Shown piece by piece: positions 15,241-27,225 of a DNA stretch of 64,000 nucleotides. Every line of letters starts with the position of its first letter. Positions within the stretch are counted from its first letter, which is position 1. The translations under genes and the position numbers were made by a program. This stretch comes from the human T2T-CHM13v2.0 reference genome, Homo sapiens, in the NCBI RefSeq assembly GCF_009914755.1, contig NC_060932.1. One strand, 5' to 3'. The notes under the pieces are model-generated. The model worked only from the letters and a program-made list of their open reading frames with translations. It ran no database searches and had not been told where the DNA came from.

Positions 15241-16010
15241 ATATAGATATAAAATATATATGAAATAGTATATATTATTAATTATATATAACATATAAAA
15301 TATATAATATATAATTATATATGAAATAATACTTTAATTATATATGTAAATAATATACACTATTTGTATATATTCATATATATTTATATATGAATATATA
15401 AAAAATTATATATTTATACATCTATATGTAAGTATATATTAGTATATCTATATAAATATAAAATATAAATATATATAAAAATATATCTTTCTATATGACT
15501 ATATAAAAATATATATGAATATATATGAAATTATATATTTATATATCAATATATAGATATATACACATACATCTAATCTCTTGTGAGGAACAGCAGGAAG
15601 TGGTTGGGGAGGGGGTTCTGCTGAAGTGATCCTCATTGGGATATGAATATATATGAAATATATATGAATATGTATGAAATTATATATTTATATATCTATG
15701 TATGAAATATATCTATATATTGATATACCAAATATATCAAAATATATCGATTGATAATATCAAATTGATACATCAAATATATCAAAATATATCAATTGAT
15801 ATATCAAATTGATACATCAAATATATCAATAGATATATTAAAATATACCTATTGATATATCAAAATATACCTATATATTGATATATCATATATATCAATA
15901 TGCATGAATATATGAATATATAAATATATATGTAATTATATATTTGTATATTAATATAGAAAATATATGAAATTATATATTTATATATTAATATATAAAT
16001 ATATATACAC
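15241..16010. repeat. AT-rich low-complexity, (TA)n-derived tandem region
   Basis: About 770 bp almost entirely A/T, with imperfect ATATAT and ATATCAA units. Confidence 0.9.
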
Positions 16011-17489
16011 ACATATCTAATCTTTAGTGAGGAACAGCAGGAAGTGGTTCGGGAGGGGGTTCTGCTGAAGTAGCGCTCATTGGGAAGCTTGAATAAACAG
16101 ATAGGTCCTCAAGTCCCCACTTGCTCCTATCCACCCAGTTGACAGGGGCTCCAGACTTTGAGACGAAACTCACTGAGGAAGCTGGGGGTAATTGATTAAA
16201 ATCTGCACACTGCATGATTATAAGCCCCACCCATATATATATGAAATATATGTGTATAAGCATGTATGAAATTAGTCTAAAAACTACATTTTACATAGGG
16301 ACCATAAACATAACTTGACCCTTGAGATAAAACTACATATTATGCAACGGGGGTGCTGAGGTATCTTGAGATACTGGATGGCAAATGCTATACAACTCAG
16401 ATTTGGGAGGTTAGAATTACTTCCATAATGTAGCTGGCCCACAAAAAAATACTAGCCCCAAAAAGTATGTAATTAAAAGGAAAGATTGTTTATCCAACCT
16501 TTTTTCAACTGCATCCTTATAATATATCAGATGCCTTTCAGGGGTGTTTTTATTTTTTTGTCTTTCTGTATTTCCACGTTTTATACAATATCTATGTATT
16601 TCTTTCATAATTGCATTGGGAATAATGAATTCTGCTTTGAGTCCTTTAAAATTCAAAAGATATAAATGAATTTTGGGAACTTACAACAATAAACATTTCT
16701 GATATACTCACAGATAGTAAAACAAATTACTATCATCTAGTTAAATAACAGCAAAACGTTCTGACATTGAATTTAGTCATTCCACCCTCAATTATGTGAT
16801 GATCTCCTAAAGGTAAATATTAGAAATTTTCTCTCTCCAGACCCTTATTAAAGAGAAAATCATATGCTCTATAGAAGATACGCTGTCCACTTTTATAAGA
16901 AAATAGAATGTTCTTCTTTAACCAGAGTCTTTTATTATTCAGATAAGATTTTGAGGGTCAGATTCTGAGCTGCAACTTGAAATTTCCTCTGACTCTTTTC
17001 TTGGAGTAATTCAAAATTGGCAGGAAAGCTTTTGTTTGCTAACCACCAAGTAATTATTTCATCATAAGGCTCAGAAGAGAAAGAATGTCTATTACTTCTG
17101 CTTTTGAAGAGGCACCTTCAAGAAAGATTCAAACCCATTGCACAAGGGGTGGAAAAATAGACAGACACATGCAATTTGAATTTGGCAGGAGTATGAAACG
17201 CCTTTGAGATATTAGATTTTCCAGTTGCACCGCCTAGCAGAGTGAGAGCTGTCAAACTTGGAGAGACCAGTATGTTTTTAGTATATATAAATAACATATT
17301 GTTCACAGGATTAACAAAGGGTGGGGAAGTCCTGTGTTGTAAATAAAAGAATATCTTTGAAATATTTAGGTCTTGGACCAACTGCTGTAGATTATGTATA
17401 TAATCTTGGATAAAATCCCTAAATTAGAGCTCTGTGTCTTTGACATGAACCTATCAAAGTTTGCTATTCTGAATCCTCTTATTAGATTT

Positions 17490-17720
17490 TGTGAGAAAAG
17501 AGGACTGGATTAGGAGTCAGACCTTTAGGCTCTGGCCCCACCTTTGTCACTTACTGTGTGGCGAGGGGTTTGAACTTCAGTTTCCTCATCTATAAAATGG
17601 GGATATAATTCCTAGTTACTTAATACATTTAATAGTCATGAGATGATACATTTAAAAGTATTTCACAAACTATAAAATGTTATAAACATGTAAAGAATTA
17701 TTATTAGTAAACATAGTGCA
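17490..17720 (+). mobile_element. MIR
   Basis: 'ggattaggagtcagacct...ttcagtttcctcatctataaaatgggga'. Confidence 0.65.
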
Positions 17721-18574
17721 TGTAAAGGAATTTTCAAATTATGTAAAAACTCTTATGCGATACTATCACTGTGCCTTTTATTAGTTGTGTTGTCAAAGCT
17801 TGAGAATCCAGAGAGCTTTCTATACTGCTCTACCTGATAAACCCAAGGTAACAAATTGTAAGATGTGTGGTCACTGGGGACTTGTCCCATGCTGGTTACA
17901 TCATCAAGAAGTGGCGCATGGCATGGAGGGAAGAGCGCCTGACTTGGATCAAGATGCGCCTGAGTTTGGTTTGCCAGATCCTTGTAGAACCTTTAGGAAG
18001 CAGCTGAGCCTCTATTTTTTTTTTTCTCTAACGAAGGATTGAACTAGATAACCTCTAAATTTTTATCCAGTAATAAAATTATATTATTGTATAATTGCTT
18101 AAAATATCAATTGTCTTTGAGGGTTCACTAGAGTGATTCAACCTTTGTGCTATAAGCCCCTGTGAGGGGCTGCAACTACGATTCTACAGGAATCACTGAG
18201 CTACTTAAAGGCAGGATTAGGGAGAGGTATTTTTGTTTTACTGCCCAGAGTTGACCCTACACAGCCAAGTGCCCACCAACGATAGTAGTAAACAACCCAG
18301 GAGCCATCATAATATGAATAAACAGCAAGGGTCCCACCTGCCGGGCCAGTGAGGTGTGCTTTATTGTCATGGTGTTCCTAGGAGCAGCTGAAGATAAACC
18401 TATACCAGATGGCCTGACTCCATTGCTTTGAAATTACCACCTACTTTAGAGGGGAGTCCTAAGCCCTAAATCTCTAGGGAACTGATTAATTAAATCAACC
18501 ATTTTTGAGGATTAGATTTTGTTTTGAAGCTGTTCATAAGCCAAAGGTATTCAACATGAAAAAAATATATATAT

Positions 18575-18804
18575 ATATTTTTGAGACAGGGTCTCACTCT
18601 GTCACGCAGTACAGTGGCACTATCCTAACTCACTGTAACCTATAACTCCCAGGCTCAAAGGATTCTCCCACCTTAGCCTCCCAAGTAACTGGGACTATGG
18701 GCATGCACCATCATGCATAGCTAAGTTTTTCAGTTTTTTTAGAGAAGGAGTCTCCCTATGTTGCCAGAGTGCTGGAATTACAGGCATGAGTTACCGTGCC
18801 CAGC
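18575..18804 (-). mobile_element. Partial Alu (AluJ/FRAM-like) with internal deletion
   Basis: 'ttttgagacagggtctcactctgtcac...gagtgctggaattacaggcatgag'. Confidence 0.8.
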
Positions 18805-20322
18805 CAACATATTAATTCTGAATCAAATAGGTATATATTTGAATCCTAAATTGTCAGTTTACTAATGGGAGACTCCAGGTAAATTGTTCGATTTCTCTAA
18901 GTCTCAGTTCCTTCATCTCTAAAATGGGATAATGTCTACTTTGGAGATTTATTATACAGATAATGCATTAAAATATCTTATACATATTAAGGATTCAGTA
19001 AATGGTAATTACTGTTAATTGATGAAAAAATATTTCTAAAATTTAGGGATAGTTAACAATATAATTTATATTAAAATGAGTCTGAAGGGTTTCAGAATTT
19101 TCACATCTATTTCTAACTTTGCATTCAGTGACATTGTTATTAGCTGAGATTGGCCATAGGGGAGTATTTACACCATAGAAATTGGCAAACACTACAAGTT
19201 AGATCTATCTCTTTTTATTCCAGAGCCAATTGTTAGATACTTATAAACACACCACTGGATATAAAATTCCTGCATTTTAAAAAATATTTGGCTTTATTAT
19301 TTAAAATGTACCTTTCCAAATAGTTATTTTTAGTTTCTCTTTGAAATGGTGCTTCATAAGAAAAGATACTTGGTTTCATTTACTGATTAATTCCAAGTGT
19401 CTAAAACAATAAATATCTGAACAAATATTAGAAATAAGCAACTGTGCTTTAGTAGCATTGCCCCTGCCATACACTTACAAATAGTTCCTATCCTCAATCT
19501 CTTCAAATGTTCAAAGTATCTCTAGATTGTAGTCCAAGTTTATCTCGCTAAAGTACGAAAGGCCTAGAAGATTTTTAGGAAAGAATCTGAATATCAAAGC
19601 GTAACTTCTAGCTTAATGCAGCACATTTTTAAAACACACAACTTTGAACTAGACCGCATTTGGGAGCCTTTGGTACAATAAGTTATTCACAAATCAACCT
19701 CCAGATCATATGAACAAGTGAATCTACAAAGTAGAATTATTGGCATTAACTATCTGAATGCTAAAAAGATAGATTTGGCTTTGAGGTAATTGATAATAAG
19801 TTGTCCTTCTAGGGAGGAACTAAGAGTATAAGCGGCTTCTAGGAGCCAGTTCAGTGATACAGTAAGTTCCTGACATCAGCACGTAAAATGGTGCTTTGTC
19901 TTTTTATCTTAAGTTCAAAAACAGGCTGATATACTTCTCATTAGACATGAGTTAATTTGATAAAGTGGAAATGGTAAAGAAGAAACTTTAAAAATTTTAT
20001 TAATGATAAAATAATTGAAAAAATGGTAGACTGGTTGGAGAATGTGAAAGGTGTTGTCAAAAGGTTAAGTTAGCATAAAAGTTTTCTGGAAACGTGTAGA
20101 AGTGAAGAATCAGTTTCCTGTCACTGAAAGGAAAATGATGAGCTTGGTTTTCAAAATGTGAAGTTTCAGGTGTCAGAGAGACATTCAAATGGAGATACTC
20201 TGGAGGAAAGTTGAGTCATGATAAAATAGGCACTGAGCATTTCCCCATCTCTGTCTCCTCAGGGCCATTCTTCTGCTGTTAAACACCCCTACAAGCTTAG
20301 AAAAAAGATATTTCCTCTTTCT

Positions 20323-20363
20323 AAGTAATTGCAAGAACCGCAATTACTTTTGCTCCAACCTAA
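20323..20363. mobile_element. MADE1 (Hsmar1 mariner MITE) remnant
   Basis: Right TIR 'accgcaattacttttgctccaacctaa' and partial left TIR 'aagtaattgc'. Confidence 0.75.
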
Positions 20364-20524
20364 TACTTCAAAAACCCAATGTCTTTGCTTTTCTCAACTA
20401 TCTCTTTTGAGGCAAACCTTCTCTCAAAATGCCCACTATGATCAAGTTCAAATAGTTTGTTAACTTCACCTCCATACTATGAAGGAAGTTGGAGGGTACA
20501 GCTCTAAAAGTTGAATGATATATC

Positions 20525-20765
20525 AGATGCTGTGGTATAGTGTTAAGAACTTAGACTCTGAAGGTAAACTTGGCTTGAATCCTAGCTCTACAATCTACCA
20601 CAGGTCTGGCTATGGTCAAGTTAGTCTTACTGACCTCAGTTTTTTTCTCTGTAAAATGCATATAATAAAAATTCCTTATAGTACTGTTGTCAGGATCAAA
20701 TGAGATAGTTCATGAAAAGAACTCAGTCTGGGTCCTAGCACATGGTAAACATCCAGTAAATGAGA
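20525..20765 (+). mobile_element. MIR, near full length
   Basis: 'tgtggtatagtgttaagaac...ttgaatcctagctct...ctgtaaaatg...cctagcacatggtaaac'. Confidence 0.8.
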
Positions 20766-21941
20766 GCAAGTATAACCCATGAGTTCTACTTGTCCCACAC
20801 TTAGCCCAGGGGATGCATTCCTGGAATGGGAACTGTAAGTAAACCAGCACCACAAGGGACTGGGAGCAGTGTTGTGTATTCCCTGTGAAGATGAGTTCTG
20901 GCGTTATATATTGGCAACTGCTCTCTTGTTCTTGTCAAACTCTTAGAAGTCACTGAATGCTCTGGCCATAGGTACCTCTAGCCACTATTCATGTGCTTGG
21001 TCATTCCTCCCAAGCTACTTTATGATATTCTTCAAGATGTTGCAGGACTTCCAACCATCCTTAATTGCCTGCTTATCATTAACCTCTCTTCACTATATTT
21101 TTCCTTCTCAATATAAAACTTGATTTTTGACATCCTGCTTGAAAAGTTTCCATGAGACTTTGGCAACATGTGCAGCACTATCATTTGGACAGGGCACCAT
21201 CTATAGACAAATCTGTTCACCAAAACATGAAATATTGGCAGAAGGAGAGATTACAACAGTGTGATGACCAGATACATGAGCACCTTTCAAAACAAGAAAA
21301 CCTCACTGACTGCCGTGGTGCCCCTGCTGTGTTGTAAGCTACATAGATGTTTGGGGGTGAGCAGGGCTAGGCTGAGTCAGTGTAGTACAAGGGGGAATTG
21401 AAAGAGGAGCTTGCCCTCAGCCATTCCCTAAAACAGGGGATTTCCCCAGAACGTGATTTACTTTAGGAAAAAAACCTAAATTCAAATAAGGCTTGGAAAA
21501 CCTGGATAAATCTTAGGGCTCTCAAAATCCTAAAGAGTCAGAGGAAATCTGAAAGTAAAGAAACCCTTCTGACTCAGGTTAGCCCATACTTTCCTGAGTG
21601 TATGGACCACAGAACACATTTTTGTGTGCAATAAGTAGAAAACCCCATCAAGTAACCCTTCCAGGCACTTCCTGTCCTATTCCATTTTGGTCAGAAGGTT
21701 GCCCTTCTCCTGAACCTTTATCTTCATGGTTACAGTCCTTGTAATTAATAGACATTACTTCTACCCCTAGCCCCAAATGAACTACTGTTTTAACCATTTT
21801 TTGTTTTCTTGTTATACCAAAATCTTTTCTCTTTGAGTCTCTGGTACATTCCAATTGCCACCAATTCCACTAATCTTCATACCTATAACTTTACAGATAC
21901 TATTTCTTATACTAATAGCCCATCCATTTTATTTCTTAGAG

Positions 21942-22152
21942 CAGTGCTGTCCAATAGATTTTTCCATGATGACAAAAATGCTCTCTCTCTCTATCTCTGC
22001 TGTGTCCAATACTCTAGCACTAGCCACGGGGGACTATTGAGCACTTTACGTGGCTAGTGCAACTAAATTTTAGCAAAACACAATTTTTAATTTTAATTAA
22101 TTTAAATTTAAATGGTCACATGTTGGTAATCACTGTCATATTGGAAAACACC
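21942..22152. mobile_element. MER3 (hAT-Charlie non-autonomous)
   Basis: 'cagtgctgtccaatag...ctattgagcactt...gtggctagtg...aatttaaatttaaat...tattgga'. Confidence 0.8.
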
Positions 22153-22154
22153 AT

Positions 22155-22684
22155 TGTTGGGGAAACTCCCTGCCAGAACAGAGAACCTCCCTCTGGAAGC
22201 AGAGACCAAGCTCAGACCAAAGACAAAGGTGGACCACTTCAGGTTGGTAGGTGGTTAAAGGTTTATTTGGGGGGAGCTTACATACCAGGCAGTCTAGAGT
22301 GGCAGCAGGACAAGGAAGATCTCTGCGTTTGCAATGCACACTGTTCTCTTACATCATGAGAAGAAAACAGAAAAGGAGAAAAGAAAAGCCACTGATGGTG
22401 TGTCAAACCATGTGGTTTTTTCCTAATCTATTTGCTTTCCACTTAAAGGGATTGTTTGAGTTCCCTACAATCTGGTCACATTCCTAAGCGAGGGATTCTT
22501 TAAGAAGCAGCGGTTATCTTGTTTTACCAGGTGCTGTATCCTACTCACTTCTTGGTCACACACCCAGAACACATTTACACAACAGCAGTCTTAGCGGATC
22601 CTGTATACGTACCTATAACCAGCAGAGAAATAAGATAATAGTTAGAAGTCATGTGAGTAAGACAAAGCCACAATAACCCTTACA
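22155..22684 (-). mobile_element. Probable solo LTR, family unassigned
   Basis: Minus strand begins TGTAAGGG and ends CCCAACA, with AATAAA about 110 bp from the 3' end; no clear TSD. Confidence 0.5.
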
Positions 22685-23568
22685 AGGCACAAAACATTGC
22701 TGATCACCAATCGTCTCTCAAAATGCATCATGTTGAATATTCTTCTGATGTACCACTTGTATAATTTTTAATAATAAAAATATTGATAATTTTTGGTACA
22801 ATATAAAATTCTACTGAAGTATAATAAATGAAACCACTTAGTGAAAAGGTGAATATTAATGAGCCTAAGAGGAAGGTTTGGAAAATTACACTTTAAATAA
22901 TGATGGAAAGGTTGGAAATAACCTCCAGGGATATTCAATTCAGATCCACCCTGATGTAAAATTGACTTTCAAGTATTCCAGTGGAAAAATCCAAATTCGA
23001 AAAATAAGAAATCTACCTGAGTAAAGTACCTGCTTGTGTCCATGGCTACCTCCAGGGTGGAAGGGATGGCCTCCCCTCTGGTGAGAATACAACCCAGGCA
23101 CCTCAATGTTCATGAGAGGGTTCTCTGCTGCTTACACATCTGGTAACGGGAGTGTATTGATACCCTGTCCGTTACAATATTGCTTATCAGTCCTTCAGCT
23201 TCTTGTTAGACACTCTACTTGTGAACTGTCTGAATATGGTTCATTTCGAAAGTCTAGCTGAGACAACTGACATTTGCCAAGGGCCCTGTTCCTCAAAGTT
23301 CCCTGAGTTCTATTCATGTGTCAGGTCTAGTCTCGAGTTTCTTCATCACAAAAGCAAAGCCTCGCAGCGTGCCTCAGCTTCATAAGAAACAGTCGTGAGT
23401 AGAACTTCTGTGCCTTCTTTGTGAAACTACTGGAGGGACATTGTTCCAGGATGCCAGTCACTATATCCACCCACTTGAGAACTTGCTCGCAGACACCAGA
23501 GCCAGAAAACGTTTGCTTTTTGACAGACTAGAGTGTTTCATTTTCTAAGACAATGAAACATATGTAAC

Positions 23569-23945
23569 TGTTGTAGGAAAATCCAGGTTCTTGCCACACA
23601 ACCAGGAAAGATTAGGCTCACAGACACTTTGAAGGGCGAGGGGGACGAAATGTACTGGGCGAAAAGGAAAGAGGAAAAACAATACAGCAAAGTGAGAGAG
23701 GGGTTCCTGTTAACAGGCCCTCATCTCACAGTTTGAATTCCAGGTTCCCACCCAGGAACAGAAGGGCCAGGCTCCTTCTCCTTGCAAACCTGAGAACTTC
23801 CCATGGCTCCAATCTGTCCTGCCAGTGCACAGGTCAGTTGCAGAGTCTTCCAGACTGGCAGTTCGGTTTTTCAGCTGTCAAGTGTTTTATGCTTGAAGGC
23901 AGGGTTTTGTGAGGGGTAGGCCTTGGCTGCCACCTATCTCTATCA
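23569..23945 (-). mobile_element. ERV1 solo LTR (MER48/MER50-like)
   Basis: Minus strand TGATAGAGA...ACAACA termini; 4-bp TSD taac at 23565-23568 and 23946-23949. Confidence 0.8.
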
Positions 23946-24034
23946 TAACCAGTGTGCTTCCCTCTTTGACTTCATCCTCAAGATACTCAGAGCTAATTAT
24001 GCGCTTATTTGCAGATTTTCTCAGCCCGAGATTT

Positions 24035-24470
24035 ATTTCTCTTCTTTCTTTCTCTTTCTTTCTTTTCTCTTTCTTTCTTTCATTCGTTCTTCTTTCTTTC
24101 TTTTTCTCTTCCTTTCTTTCTTCTTTCTTTCTTTCCTTCCTTCTTTCCTTTCTTTTCTTTCTCTCTCTTTCTTTCTTCTTTCCTTCCTTTTCTTTTCTTC
24201 TTTCCTTCTCTTTTTGCCTTCCTGCCACTGCCTCCTCCTCCTCCTCTTTCTCCTCCTCTTTCTCCTCCTCCCCCTCCTCCCCCTCCTCCTCCCCCTCCTC
24301 CTTCTCCTCCCCCTCCTCCTCCTCCTCCTGCTCCTCCTCCTCCTTCTTCTTCTTCCTCTTTCTCCTCCTCCTCCTCCACCTCCTCTTCTTCTTCTTCTTC
24401 CTCTTTCTCCTCCTCCTCCACCTCCTCTTCCTCCTTCTTCTTCTTTCTTCTTCTTCCTCTTCTTCTTTTT
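24035..24470. repeat. Polypyrimidine simple repeat: (CTTT)n then (CCT)n/(CTT)n
   Basis: About 435 bp of nearly pure C/T on the plus strand. Confidence 0.95.
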
Positions 24471-24789
24471 AACAACTTTTTTTACAGCCAATATCTGGAG
24501 AAAACACTTTTAAGAAAATGTTAACAAATAGATATAGTAATTGATATAAATGTAAAAATACATGTTTCCTTATAAAGGGAAAAATAACCAGAAGAAGAGA
24601 TAAAATCTTTTAAATCAGTTTTACACAAAGAATATTAAAATTTTGACAATAAAAGTGATCTTATTTAAGAGGATTCAGTTTACATCCTTTTCTAGGATCA
24701 ACCAAATGATTAATGTCAAATCCCCATGCATAAATGAGTTTGCATAGTGCATAATTAAGAGTTAATGCATTTTTTCCTTACATTTTCCA

Positions 24790-25410
24790 AAATTATAATA
24801 AAATTGTATAACATAGAATTTATCATCTAAGCCGTTTTTATGTGTATAGTTCAGCAGGGTTAACTGTATTCACATTGTTGTGCAACTGATCTCTAGAATT
24901 TTGTCATCTTGCAAAACTGAAACAACAACTTCCCAGTTCCCTTTCTTTCTAGGTTTTGTCTACCACTGTTCTTTCTTTTTGTGAGTTTGACTACTTTAAA
25001 TACCTCATATAAGTGAAATCATATAGCTTTTGTCTTTTTGTGATTGACTTTTTCACTTAGTGTAATGCCCTTCACCTATGCTGTAACATTTGACAGCATT
25101 CCTTCTTTTCAAAGGCTGAATAATATTCCAGTGTATGTATATACTACATCTTAAAAATCCATTCATCTGTTAATAGACATTGGGTTGCTTCTACCTTTTG
25201 GTTAATATGAATAATGGGTCAGGGAACATGGGTGTGCAAATACCTTTCTGAGGCTCTGTTTTCAACTATTTGGGATCTGTATCCAGAAGTGTGATTGCTA
25301 GGCCAGGTGGTAATTTTATTTTTAATTTTTAATATTTTAGAAACCTTCATACTGTTTACAATAGCAGCTGCACCATTTTACATTCCCACCTACAATGAAC
25401 AAGGGCTCTA
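24790..25410 (-). mobile_element. L1MA/MB 3' fragment
   Basis: 'tgtgtatagttcag...cacattgttgtgcaac...gctgaataatattcc...ctgcaccattttacattcccac'. Confidence 0.8.
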
Positions 25411-26049
25411 AGAGCTAATTCATTTCTTAAGGCCTGTTGCTTGTGTCTTGTGACTAGGAATACATACATGACCACTTCCAAGATTACCCCAAGCCTGCCT
25501 GTGTCACCACTTCCAGCACATGAAAGTGTACCCTGTTATCTCAACAGCACAGCAGGCATTGGATCATGCTCTTGGAGAAGCAGAGAAATGGGAGCTTGTA
25601 CTGGCATCCAGTAGGCCCCCAGGGGGCTGAATTGTGCTTTCTTTTTTCAAGGAACAGCTTTGTTCTCATTTGGAGGACCCGGAATATACAGCAATATCAA
25701 CTCCGCCAAAGAGAGAGAGTCCCTGCTGTGTGCTCTGTTCCATGACAGGCATAAGAGTCACATTAGTGGCAGCTCACGTCATAATCAGGGATCTTAACAG
25801 TTGCCTCCAGATGTGCCCAGCTGGGTTACCCCCTGATTCTTCCATAATTGGACAAACATACTAACAAACTCAGATAGAGGTTTAATAAATAAGATTTTTC
25901 TTACAACTTTAGGTCTGTAAGAGTTCATCAATTTTGTCATCTAACTAGAGTTTTTTAAATGGGGCCTTGATCTGGGGAAATCCATGTCCAAGAAAGGTAT
26001 TTCTAGAATGCCTTCCAGATACTTCTGACGGTTTACTACCTCCTTGACT

Positions 26050-26663
26050 TATGCAGCATTTTGGCCCCCATATTCTCCACCCCCAGTGCTGTGCCTGTGA
26101 TGGTGCTACACTGCATGGCAAAGGGAGTTAAGGTTACAGATGGAAAGGCAGTTGTTAATCAGCTGATCTTATAATGGGAAGATTATCCTGGGTTGTCTGG
26201 GTGATGCTGATGTAAACATATGGACCTTTAATATTGGAAGAAGAAAGGCAGAAGGGTCAGTCAGAGAAATGCCAGGACAGAACAGGCAAGAGAGAGCTCA
26301 AGTGGGAGAAGGACTGGACCCACTGCTGTTGGCCTTGAAAATAATGTCAGGGGTCCACAGGCCATGAGTTGCAGGCTGCCTCCAGAAGCTGGGAATGGCC
26401 CTCAGCTGATCACTGGCAAGGACACAGGATCTTAGTCCTACAACATAAGGAAAGTGAATTCTGCCAACAGTTTCAAGGAGCAAGAGAACCGATTCTCCCC
26501 TAAATCCTCCACAAAGGAACACGGCCCTTCTGACACCTTAATTTTTGCTTATTGAGAGAACTGCAGGATTTCCAACCTACAGAACAGTAAAACAATTTTT
26601 TGCATTGTTTTAAGCTGATAAATTTGTGTCAATTTGTTACAGCAGCAATAGAAAATGATTACA
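26050..26663 (+). mobile_element. MaLR solo LTR (MLT1E/F-like)
   Basis: 'gattatcctggg...ggctgcctccagaagctgggaatggccctcagctga...tttgttacagcagcaatagaaaatgattaca'. Confidence 0.8.
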
Positions 26664-27039
26664 CGATTTTATCACAGTATTTTAGGAATTAAATGAGCCA
26701 GAGTTAGCAAAACACAGAGTCTGATCAATCGCAAGTGCTCAGTCATTTTTGTTACCATCATTGACAAAACACAACACAGCTGAATGTGCTCTAGGGAAGC
26801 CAGGCACAGAACAGGAGCCATGGGTTGTCTACCTGCAACCTGTCTCCTGCCAGGTGGGCACAGTTCTGGCATCGTGTTGTTGGTAGGACCTTGGCCAACT
26901 AGGGTGGAGCCTGAGGGGACCACCAAAGCCACAGAAACATCTGGAAATGATGCTCCATAAAAAATGGTGGGAGGAAGTTTATTTGCACAGCTTAAAATTG
27001 AGAATGCAGAGCAGTGAAGGGGCATGAATTCATTCTGAA

Positions 27040-27225
27040 ATAAAATGGAAGTGTTAAACTTGTATTGCTCCAGAGAGTAGGATTGAATGAATCAGCAAAA
27101 GCTACAGACAGATAATTTTGCATTTGATCACACCCTTATATCTTGAGCATTTCACAAACTGAGTGGACTGCCTGGCAAGTCAGTGAGCGCCCAGTGCCTA
27201 GGAAAGTTCAGACAGGATCAGGAAG
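27040..27225 (+). mobile_element. L3/CR1 3' fragment
   Basis: 'ggactgcctggcaagtcagtgagcgcccagtgcctaggaaagttcagacagg' resembles the CR1/L3 end. Confidence 0.4.

Noticed and set aside
17118-17381. Minus ORF containing 'LLGGATGKSNISKAF', resembling a viral SF3 helicase P-loop
   Set aside because: Walker A spacing is wrong (GxxxGKS), no Walker B or motif C follows, and the ORF is short with a non-ATG start. A tBLASTn against parvoviral NS1 would settle it.
23887-24524. Six overlapping long ORFs rich in Leu, Ser, Pro, Arg, Glu or Gly
   Set aside because: Artefact of a stop-free C/T simple repeat.
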